A stretch of 64,000 nucleotides of DNA, from contig PMZI01000023.1 of NCBI GenBank assembly GCA_003170475.1, positions 20,587 through 84,586 on the forward strand. The letters are read 5' to 3'. Below, piece by piece: positions 39,522 through 47,497 of the stretch. The DNA comes from Ignavibacteriota bacterium (GTDB lineage Bacteria > Bacteroidota > Ignavibacteria > UBA10030). A model generated the notes under the pieces. It was not told where the DNA came from. It saw only the letters and a program-made list of their open reading frames with translations, and did no database searches. The translations under genes and the position numbers were made by a program. Within the stretch, counting starts at the first letter, position 1, and each line of letters begins with the position of its first letter.

Positions 39522-39722
39522 ATGCAAATGAGCGACACCCCAACTCTTCCTGACGAAGCGCAAGAGATCGAGACCAAGCGCATTCCCCCGCGAAATGAAT
39601 ATCGGGCCAGGGGGGAAGGCTCTTTGCGGAAGATGAAGCGGTTACAGGACCTCTTGGTTTCAGAACATCAAGGGTGGTGTGCAAGGGATATTTTGGATGT
39701 TGTTCGGGTCACGCAGCCATAG
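39522..39722 (+). CDS. hypothetical small protein (doubtful)
   Basis: 66-aa ORF with AAGGAG 12 nt upstream. No recognisable domain. Lies in the gene-poor stretch. Confidence 0.2.
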   Translation: MQMSDTPTLPDEAQEIETKRIPPRNEYRARGEGSLRKMKRLQDLLVSEHQGWCARDILDVVRVTQP

Positions 39723-40539
39723 GGGGAGCCACGACGTCGCCGTGCATTTTCCAAAAAATGGAGTTGCGGGAGAATTGTCACTCGCTTGTCGGTGGTGAAC
39801 CAGATTCCACGGGTCAACACTTCAATGCCGACAATCGGCAGATCAGAGATGGAGATTTCTCACCTCTGGAACTTGCTCACGAGCAGACACACAATGCGAA
39901 TGGCAACATGCTTTGTATTCGGTGAACGGAAAATTAAGATCGTCGTAAGAAACGCCCAACGAGTGCTATTCAGAGCTCGACCGCGCTTTCCGTGAAGTGA
40001 CTATCCGGTCGGCGTTACGAATTCAAACGCATCTGTTGTCGAGATCCCATGGTGATTTCGGGAAGAGACTCTGATTTTCTTGAGTTCGCGCGGTTCATTG
40101 CCTGCCAAGCCGAGACACCAATAGAGAGATCACATTGCACAAGACCACACCGGGCCTATCTGAGGAAGACCGGGGTTTCACGATGAGGCAAGTGGGAGAC
40201 AAATAGTGAGAGAAGCAGGAATCTTCAGTGGCCAGGGCTTGTTACATTATGAGACATGTCTCGTTTTATTTCTGTCCAAGAAAGAAAACAGACTCTTTTG
40301 GGTTCCGAAGTTTCCAGAAAACCTCACATTACTTGATAATTCCTTGTTGGTACGCCTATTGAGATATGAATCTCGGCAGTGATTCAGATACCTCGATTTC
40401 GCAGAATTTCTCAAATGTGATACCAGTCATTTGATGTTCCGCCACTAATCAACTAATTTGATTGGAGCATCGCGTTCGTGTCTTCAAGGCCGACACGTCG
40501 ATAACAGGCTGTGAAGGATTGGAAGAAAGGTAGATTCTT

Positions 40540-41034
40540 ATGGGTACGGGCCAGACTATTCTCACCATCGTTGCCATCGTCCTCCTGGGCACGAACGTCG
40601 TCAGCGTGAACAGGACGTTCACGCAGCATGGGATTGTTCTCCAGCAAACTGAGATTGGACTCTTTGGAGTATCGCTCGCGACATCTCTTCTTGAAGAGGC
40701 TCGCGGCAAGGCATTCGATCATTACTCCTTGATCGGGTTTCCTACCGTCCTGACGCAGTTGACTCCGCAAGATTCTCTCGGTCCGGAACCAAGCGAGCTT
40801 CGCGCCAACTGGGATGACTTCGACGATTACAATAATCTTAGAGACACCGTGAAAGTGCCTGACGTCGACACGTTCTATCGGTGGGCCACAGTCTGCTACG
40901 TAGACACGACGAACCCAAACATCCTGCGAAATTACCGGACGTGGATGAAGAAGCTTACGGTGTACGTCAGAGGACAGAACTCGAGTGATACTCTCCAGAT
41001 GTCCTATCTCTTCAGCAACTGGTCATTCAGGTGA
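40540..41034 (+). CDS. pilin-like protein 1 (PilV/GspI-like minor pseudopilin candidate)
   Basis: N-terminus MGTGQTILTIVAIVLLG is a pilin-type hydrophobic helix without Glu5. A TAG 3 codons upstream fixes the start. GAAAGG lies 9 nt upstream. Has a WDDFDDYNN motif like minor pseudopilins. Confidence 0.5.
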   Translation: MGTGQTILTIVAIVLLGTNVVSVNRTFTQHGIVLQQTEIGLFGVSLATSLLEEARGKAFDHYSLIGFPTVLTQLTPQDSLGPEPSELRANWDDFDDYNNLRDTVKVPDVDTFYRWATVCYVDTTNPNILRNYRTWMKKLTVYVRGQNSSDTLQMSYLFSNWSFR

Positions 41035-41037
41035 ACC

Positions 41038-41679
41038 ATGGGAACGAATGTCATATTCGATATCATCACATCGACGGTCATCGGAGGCATGCTCTTGTTA
41101 ATGGCACTTCGGCTGAACGCCCAGGCCATTGAGACCAATGCCATCTACCAGGACAACCTCAATCTCCAGACGGGGTTGGTCGCCCTCGTCGATATCGTTG
41201 AAAACGATTTCCGAAAAATTGGCTATTGCAAAGACTGGACCAAAATCAGTCCGCCGAACATCGCCATCGTCTACGCCGATTCCAATAGCATTAAATTCCT
41301 CACAGACATTCCGTCAAGTCCTACCGACTTTGGCGATGGCATCGTTGATACCATCTATTACTACACCGGTTCAACCGGAGGCAATCCGAATAATCTGAAA
41401 GAGAAGCCTCTCTATCGTGTCGTCAATGGTAATGCGGCCACGGGCTGGAATCTCGGCGTCACCCGATTCGCCCTTCGGTACTACGACGCCCTGAACGATA
41501 CTCTTCATTTCCCCATTACAGATCCGACACTCATCTACGAACTCGAGGTCAACATCTCTCTCGAGAGCCCGGCGCCCCTGACAAAAATCAGCTATCACGA
41601 CACAACGGCCGCCAAAGAAGATTTCAAAGTATACTGGAAACAAATCCGGCTTGCATCGCGCAACCTGCGAAACCGATAG
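41038..41679 (+). CDS. pilin-like protein 2 (PilW/GspJ-like candidate)
   Basis: MGTNVIFDIITSTVIGGMLLLMAL helix, followed by LVALVDIVENDFRKIGY...SIKFLTD...DTIYYY...LYRVVNG...FALRYYD, a PilW/GspJ-like pattern. Confidence 0.5.
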   Translation: MGTNVIFDIITSTVIGGMLLLMALRLNAQAIETNAIYQDNLNLQTGLVALVDIVENDFRKIGYCKDWTKISPPNIAIVYADSNSIKFLTDIPSSPTDFGDGIVDTIYYYTGSTGGNPNNLKEKPLYRVVNGNAATGWNLGVTRFALRYYDALNDTLHFPITDPTLIYELEVNISLESPAPLTKISYHDTTAAKEDFKVYWKQIRLASRNLRNR

Positions 41680-41694
41680 ACAAAGGAGTGATCC

Positions 41695-42903
41695 ATGGGA
41701 CGTTCATCTCTTATAATGGTCCTTGGTTTTACCACGGCCCTTCTTATGCTCGGCTCAAACATTTCGAGAGTATCCAACTCGGCGATGGATAACTATACGT
41801 ACTACTACAACAATGCCATGGCACACAACATCGCGGGGGCTGGCATCAACATGGCCTCGCGGTCGCTCCAGGAAAACCAATTCTGGACAGCTGGATTCTC
41901 CAACAAGAGTTTTTCCAACGGCATATTCAGTGTCGCGGTGACCAGCCTCGGAAGCCAGAAAATAAAGGTGGTCTCAACGGGAACCTTCGCCGGTTCCCAA
42001 CACGTTGTCTCTTGTGTTCTTCAGCCGAGCTCCTTTTCAAAATTCAATTACTACAGCGTCACTGACCAAAACGGATTCTGGGGGGGCGGTGACACGATCT
42101 GGGGGCCATTCCACTGCAACAACACCATCAACGTAGCCTATTTCAATGGCGGCAGCCCCGTGTTCATGCAGAAGGCGACGAGCCTGAACGGTATTTGGAA
42201 CTACAACGGAGCGCATCCGGTTTTCAAGGGGGGGTACGCTGCTGGTGTGAATGTGGCATTGCCGGGTGACCTCTCTTCACTCAAAACTGCGGCGCAGACC
42301 AGTGGCCATTATTTCAACGGGCAGAAACTGTTTGTACAGTTAAACGCAAACGGAACCGTTACGTGGAAAGCTGGCGGAAGCGATTGGGGGGGCGGGGGCT
42401 GGACAACTGAGCCTGTCACCTCCTTCACAGCAAATGGTGCTGTATGGTGCAATGGATCGGACGTTCACGTCAAGGGAACCCTGCATGGGCAAATGACATT
42501 GGGAAGCGGAGGCCAGATTTGGATTGACGATGATGTTACATACGCCACCGATCCGCGGTACGCTTATTCGACGGACATGTTGGGGCTTGTCGCTGAGGGA
42601 AAACTCTGGATTTCTGACGTCCCCGCCAACCACGGCAATGACTTTATGCTCATGGCTTCCGTGTTCTCGCGAACGGATGGTCTCTGGGCTGAAAACTATG
42701 GCTCACGCCCCGTCGAAGGAAAAATGACCACGCTTGGCGGACAGATATCGAACGTGGGCGGGTATACAGGTACGTTTTCGGGTACCACGATCACCCACGG
42801 ATTCCTGCCGGGGGGCACGTTTTATGACCCCCGATTGTTAAACGATGCACCGCCGTTTTTCCCGACGACGGGTAATCTTGAAGTTATTTCATGGTTTGAG
42901 TAA
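41695..42903 (+). CDS. PilX_N-like large pilin-like protein, paralog A
   Basis: MGRSSLIMVLGFTTALLMLG...AMAHNIAGAGINMASRSL resembles the PilX N-terminal domain. AAAGGAG lies 6 nt upstream and a TGA 2 codons upstream. The body is Gly/Asn-rich and beta-rich (402 aa). Confidence 0.55.
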   Translation: MGRSSLIMVLGFTTALLMLGSNISRVSNSAMDNYTYYYNNAMAHNIAGAGINMASRSLQENQFWTAGFSNKSFSNGIFSVAVTSLGSQKIKVVSTGTFAGSQHVVSCVLQPSSFSKFNYYSVTDQNGFWGGGDTIWGPFHCNNTINVAYFNGGSPVFMQKATSLNGIWNYNGAHPVFKGGYAAGVNVALPGDLSSLKTAAQTSGHYFNGQKLFVQLNANGTVTWKAGGSDWGGGGWTTEPVTSFTANGAVWCNGSDVHVKGTLHGQMTLGSGGQIWIDDDVTYATDPRYAYSTDMLGLVAEGKLWISDVPANHGNDFMLMASVFSRTDGLWAENYGSRPVEGKMTTLGGQISNVGGYTGTFSGTTITHGFLPGGTFYDPRLLNDAPPFFPTTGNLEVISWFE

Positions 42904-43286
42904 GAGCTTTGTAAATTCACAGACTGTTCAATCTACATTGAACGCAAGAGAGCAACAGCGCTAAGTGTATCATCACCAAAGAATCGAGAATAAATCCGAT
43001 GGCAAATTTTGTTGCTCCTCGGATTTTGATCTCGTTGCCGGAGATTTTTAAGACCATCCGGCTGATCGGCGCTTCTGGGCTTGAAGGGAAGAATCTGCGA
43101 ACGTAGACACCAGATCGCCCATTGTTTTCTCTTGAACCAAGGACACTTCGACATCATTTCGCTTTTTGTAACTCATACGTAAGGATCGTTGATAACAAGA
43201 TCCTGCCGAAGCGGACTCTCAGGGGAGTCCGGCTGCCTTCTGCCCCGCTCTGCTTCTCAAATTGCACCGGCCAAAAGGAATATCCC

Positions 43287-44534
43287 ATGGGACGAGCTTC
43301 GCTCATCATGGTCCTGGGCTTCACAACGGCCCTGCTCATGATCGGTTCAAACATCTCCAAGATATCGAACGCGGCGATGGACAACTACACCGCCTACTAT
43401 AATGATGCAATGTCGCATTCCATCGCGGGTGCAGGTATCAATATGGCTTCCCGGGCTCTCTACGAAAATTCGCTCTGGCGCTCAGGGTTTTCCAATAAGA
43501 GTTTCGGCAACGGAACGTTCGACGTCCAGGTAACAGACCTTGGAAGCAACCGGATAAGAATTGTCTCCACAGGCACCTTCTCCGGTATCGCGCATGTTGT
43601 AGCCTGTGTTCTCCAACCGAGCAGTTTTTCGAAATTCGCCTACTACAGTGTCACCGATCAGAACGGTTTTTGGGGAGGCGGCGACACCATCTGGGGACCA
43701 TTCCACTGCAACAACACCATCAACGTCGCCTATTTCAATGGCGGCAGCCCCGTGTTTATGCAGAAGGCGACGAGTCTGAACGGTATTTGGAACTACAATG
43801 GCGCCCATCCTGTCTTCAAAGGAGGGTACGCTGCGGGTGTGAACGTTTCATTGCCGGCAAACCTGACACCACTGCAGACATCGGCACAGACGGGCGGCAA
43901 GTATTTCACGGGTGCGGGTGGAGATGTGTTCATTCAGCTGAACAGTGACGGGACCGTGACATGGAGACAAGGCGGAGCGGCGGATTGGAGCGGCACTGGT
44001 TGGTCAACCGATCCGATCAGCTCATTTGCTCCGAACGGAGCGCTCTATCTGACCGGCGCAAATCTCCGACTCAAAGGAACGCTTCATGGACAGCTGACCA
44101 TTGGTGTCGGCGGCACGACAGGGAGCACGACGCAGGGTAACATGTGGCTTGACAACGATGTCGTTTACAAAGATGATCCTCGCAACGGATATTCTACGGA
44201 CATGCTCGGCCTTGTTGCCGAGAACAAGCTCCAGATCACGGATAATGCATGGAATCAAGGCCCAGGCAACGACTTCACGTTGATGGCATCAGTCTTTTCG
44301 AGGACGGATGGCCTATGGGCTCAGAATTATGGATCCCGGGGAGTCGAAGGAAAACTGATCACGCTCGGCGGCCAGATCTCGAACGTTGGCGGATACACGG
44401 GCACTTTCTCCGGTACCACCATTACTCACGGCTTCACGCCGGGAGGCACATACTACGATCAACGCCTTATGAATGATGCTCCGCCGTTCTTTCCGACAAC
44501 AGGAAATTTCGAGGTCGTTTCATGGTTTGAATAG
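43287..44534 (+). CDS. PilX_N-like large pilin-like protein, paralog B
   Basis: ORF 43122..44534. The start is taken at ATG 43287 by homology to paralog A (MGRASLIMVLGFTTALLMIG) and AAAGGA 7 nt upstream. 415 aa. Confidence 0.55.
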   Translation: MGRASLIMVLGFTTALLMIGSNISKISNAAMDNYTAYYNDAMSHSIAGAGINMASRALYENSLWRSGFSNKSFGNGTFDVQVTDLGSNRIRIVSTGTFSGIAHVVACVLQPSSFSKFAYYSVTDQNGFWGGGDTIWGPFHCNNTINVAYFNGGSPVFMQKATSLNGIWNYNGAHPVFKGGYAAGVNVSLPANLTPLQTSAQTGGKYFTGAGGDVFIQLNSDGTVTWRQGGAADWSGTGWSTDPISSFAPNGALYLTGANLRLKGTLHGQLTIGVGGTTGSTTQGNMWLDNDVVYKDDPRNGYSTDMLGLVAENKLQITDNAWNQGPGNDFTLMASVFSRTDGLWAQNYGSRGVEGKLITLGGQISNVGGYTGTFSGTTITHGFTPGGTYYDQRLMNDAPPFFPTTGNFEVVSWFE

Positions 44535-44557
44535 CGATTCTCCTTTTTGACTCAATC

Positions 44558-44588
44558 AAAAAGATCGCCCTAGAGGCGATCTTTTTTT
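44558..44588 (+). terminator. rho-independent terminator after the pilin-like cluster
   Basis: AAAAAGATCGCC-ctaga-GGCGATCTTTTTTT. Confidence 0.8.
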
Positions 44589-44850
44589 GCCCAATCGGCA
44601 TGAACCCCGCCTTGCCCTTCAACGGAAGGAACATTACATTCTGCCTCACGAGAGGTTCTGCACGGCTCGGCGTGCGTGGACTAGCGTCGTCTGTACGTGT
44701 GTGCGCTGCGCCATCACTATTGTCGCCGAAATCAACCAACTTGTGATGAGCACAGAATCACGGTCCCGCGCAATGGGTTGGAAGTGATGCCTGTGAGAGT
44801 TGTTGGCATCGCAGCCACGTTGCAAATAGGACCGTCACATATCAAATCTT

Positions 44851-45996
44851 ATGCGAACACCGACGTCGATATACGATGTAGTGACTCCGGCACTCCTCAT
44901 CGATCATAGCATCCTTGAACGAAATCTCACGAGGATGCAGGACCGAGCGAACTCGCTGGGTGTCACTCTTCGGCCGCACATCAAGACACACAAGTGCGTG
45001 GAGATTGCTAATCATCAACTGGAGCTTGGAGCACGCGGCATAACGGTTTCAACAGTGTACGAACTCGAGCATTTTATCGCCGCCGGATTCAATGACATCA
45101 CCTGGGCGTTTCCACTTATCCCTGCTCATGTCGATCGTGTTGTCGAACTCAACGAGAAAGCGACGGTTCGCCTTGTCATCGACAGCATGGAAATGGTCGA
45201 TCGCCTGGAGGCCATCGAACGGTCTGGCAACGAGCGATTCCACGTTTGGCTGAAAGTCGATTGCGGTTACCATCGTGCCGGCGTTGATCCAAAATCTCCG
45301 TTCGCCGAACAGCTCGTCCGCGTCCTGAATGATTGCAGGAACATTATTTTCGACGGCATCCTCACCCACTCAGGGCATTCGTACGAAGCCCATAACCGGG
45401 ACGAAGTCGTTGCCGTTGCCGAGCAGGAGCGGAAGGTGATGGTGGAATTTGCCGAGCGGATGAGAAACCGCGGGTACAAGGTTCCCATGATTAGTGTCGG
45501 CTCGACACCAACCATGTCGGTTGTCGAGAACCTCGACGGGGTCAGCGAGATGCGGCCGGGAAACTATGCCTTCTATGATTATACTCAGGTAATGCTTGGA
45601 GTGTGCGGCGTTGCCGATTGTGCGCTCAGTGTCATGTCGACTGTCGTTTCACATCAGCCGGGAGCCGCCTACTTTATTACCGACTCCGGTGCCCTCGCTC
45701 TCTCAAAAGACTCCGGCCCGACCCATATCAGCAACGACATGGACATAGGCATTGTGTTCGAGGACTACGAACGGAAGCGCCTTCATCCTCACGTGCACAT
45801 GAAAATCCTCTCCCAGGAGCACGGGAAGGTGTTGATTTCAAACTCGCGCGTCATTGCTGACAACTACAAGGTTGGGGAAAAGATCCGGATCCTCGAACAC
45901 CATTCCTGTCTGACGGCTGCAAATTTCGACCACTACTACGTTGTGCGCGGCGACGAGGTGATCGACCGCTGGAAGATTCTTCGCGGCAGAATCTAG
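44851..45996 (+). CDS. alanine-racemase-fold PLP enzyme, D-threonine aldolase / D-serine dehydratase (DSD1)-like
   Basis: 381 aa. TPALLID...LRPHIKTHKC (PLP lysine context) and a C-terminal beta-domain. Confidence 0.75.
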   Translation: MRTPTSIYDVVTPALLIDHSILERNLTRMQDRANSLGVTLRPHIKTHKCVEIANHQLELGARGITVSTVYELEHFIAAGFNDITWAFPLIPAHVDRVVELNEKATVRLVIDSMEMVDRLEAIERSGNERFHVWLKVDCGYHRAGVDPKSPFAEQLVRVLNDCRNIIFDGILTHSGHSYEAHNRDEVVAVAEQERKVMVEFAERMRNRGYKVPMISVGSTPTMSVVENLDGVSEMRPGNYAFYDYTQVMLGVCGVADCALSVMSTVVSHQPGAAYFITDSGALALSKDSGPTHISNDMDIGIVFEDYERKRLHPHVHMKILSQEHGKVLISNSRVIADNYKVGEKIRILEHHSCLTAANFDHYYVVRGDEVIDRWKILRGRI

Positions 45997-46194
45997 AACA
46001 ATCCAGCCGCGGCGTCATTCGTCAACGCAGGTCGTTTTGACGGAGAGAGACACGCGCGGCTCTCTGCAACCGCGGGTATTTCATCTCCTTCCCTCAGTCC
46101 AGAAAAATTCCCAGCTTCTTCTCCGGGGAATCCATAGACTTTTTGAATCTTTCGTGGTATCTTCCAGCAACCGAAGGGATGTACAGGCCATTTC

Positions 46195-47496
46195 ATGAGC
46201 GGCGACAATTTCAATTTCATATTTCTGTCTGAGATCCTCGGTTTGCCGATCTTCAACGCAACGAGCGGAGTGAAGATCGGTAAGATCGTCGACCTTGCCG
46301 CGCGCACAAGTCACGTGTATCCAAAAATCACGGCCATCATCGCCCTGATGAAAAATTCACTGGAACCCGTGTACATTCCATGGAATCACGTGCGCTTGAC
46401 GGTTTTCAAAAAGCACGTTACGGTGGACTATCCGTTTGAGACTGACCCGGGAGGCTCTGAGTCCATCGAGAACGAAATTCTGTTGAAACAAACATTTCTC
46501 GACAAGCAGATTATTTCAACGACGGGCTATAAGCTTGTTCGAGTGAATGACTTACAGTTGCTCATTGACAATTCTTCAAAGGAAAACCCTAATCTTTGGC
46601 TTGTACACATCGACGTCGGTTTCAAGGGGCTGCTGCGACGACTTGGCTGGCTGAATGTGATCAATCCTGTTTTCAACTGGTTTTTTGCACGTGAGATCAA
46701 CGACAGGTTTCTCACCTGGAAAAATGTGCAGCCGACAACGGCAACCAACGTCAACGGTTCGGTTGTCTTGAAAACAGATTCTTCAAAGTTGTCTTCCATT
46801 CTGCCCGCAGATCTCGCCGACATCGTTGAAGATCTTGGGATCGACGAGCGAATTTCCCTTCTTGAGTCGATCAGTTCCACTCTCGCAGCGGCAACGCTTC
46901 AGGAAATGCCGATGAATTTGCGAGTCCAGCTCGCGGAATCCCTGGACACCGATCACCTTGCGCGTATCATCACAGAAATGGAGATGGACGAGACGGTTGA
47001 TTTGCTGGATGAAATTCTTGCGGAAAAGCGCGAAGCGGTCTTTGCTCTCCTTACCAAAGAGCGGGTTGATGAGATTCACGATCTTTCCAGAATGTCTGTT
47101 TCCGGTGTCGGAAGTATCATGAACACCAACTTCATCACGGTGAAAGAAACACAGACTGTCCGGGAAGTGATGAAGATCGTGAAGGAGGAAACGAAACGAG
47201 CAGAGCTTCTCTATTACGTTTATGTCATTGACGAAGAAGAACGACTCAAAGGGCTTATCACGCTGCGCCAGTTGCTTTCGACCAAGGGAACAACACCGAT
47301 TGCCGCGATCATGCGCGGCAACATCGTTTCGGTGCGTGTCGATTCCAGCATCAAGAAAATGGCGCAACTCTTCTTCAAGTACAAGTTTGATGCTATTCCG
47401 GTCGTTGACGATGACGACAAGCTTCAGGGTTTCATCACCATTGGCGATACGCTCGACGCGGTGTTCCCCGAAGTAAAACAGGCGGCTGAGGGATGA
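46195..47496 (+). CDS. soluble MgtE-N / CBS-pair protein (no membrane domain), with PRC-barrel-like N-terminal region
   Basis: 433 aa. Acidic helical MgtE_N-like segment (LADIVEDLGIDERISLLESI...MEMDETVDLLDEI) followed by two CBS motifs (IMNTNFITV..., IMRGNIVSV...FDAIPVVDDDDKLQGFITIGD). No hydrophobic spans. Confidence 0.75.
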   Translation: MSGDNFNFIFLSEILGLPIFNATSGVKIGKIVDLAARTSHVYPKITAIIALMKNSLEPVYIPWNHVRLTVFKKHVTVDYPFETDPGGSESIENEILLKQTFLDKQIISTTGYKLVRVNDLQLLIDNSSKENPNLWLVHIDVGFKGLLRRLGWLNVINPVFNWFFAREINDRFLTWKNVQPTTATNVNGSVVLKTDSSKLSSILPADLADIVEDLGIDERISLLESISSTLAAATLQEMPMNLRVQLAESLDTDHLARIITEMEMDETVDLLDEILAEKREAVFALLTKERVDEIHDLSRMSVSGVGSIMNTNFITVKETQTVREVMKIVKEETKRAELLYYVYVIDEEERLKGLITLRQLLSTKGTTPIAAIMRGNIVSVRVDSSIKKMAQLFFKYKFDAIPVVDDDDKLQGFITIGDTLDAVFPEVKQAAEG

Positions 47497-47497
47497 C

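Noticed and set aside
39720-39960. Minus-strand frames reading ...HVAIRIVCLLVSKFQR and EISISDLPIVGIEVLTRG, vaguely reminiscent of IS200-type TnpA (HxH..LLVS...S.S)
   Set aside because: The match needs a frameshift, lacks the KG.SS motif and the N-terminal HUH context, and the similarity is too loose to call a transposase remnant.
40162-40175. GAGGAAGACCGGGG resembles the RNase P RNA P4 motif GAGGAAAGTCCGGGC
   Set aside because: It is only a partial match, and none of the other conserved RNase P elements could be found nearby. I also looked for tmRNA, SRP RNA and c-di-GMP riboswitch hallmarks in 39.2-40.5 kb and found none.
40347-40362. Sigma54-like promoter TTGGTACgcctaTTGA about 180 nt upstream of the pilin-like cluster
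   Set aside because: GG at -24 and the spacing fit. But the highly conserved GC at -12 reads GA, and no sigma54 or enhancer-binding protein is visible in the window. The evidence is too weak to call.
41032-41040. Pilin-like genes 1 and 2 are in the same frame, separated only by TGA-ACC, so they could be a split gene or a TGA read-through fusion
   Set aside because: Gene 2 has its own MG-plus-hydrophobic-helix N-terminus, like the other three proteins, and an SD-like AGGTGA upstream. Two separate proteins is the simpler reading.
42933-43157. 74-aa minus-strand ORF in the spacer between the two PilX-like paralogs
   Set aside because: No RBS or domain. It overlaps the likely promoter/leader of paralog B and is probably spurious.
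43122-43286. 55-codon N-terminal extension of paralog B in the ORF track
   Set aside because: The extension has no counterpart in paralog A. Homology starts exactly at the MGRASL at 43287, which has its own RBS-like AAAGGA.
45997-46194. Looked for an M-box (Mg2+) riboswitch upstream of the MgtE-N/CBS plus NRAMP pair
   Set aside because: No recognisable M-box conserved segments by eye. An Infernal scan would be needed for certainty.
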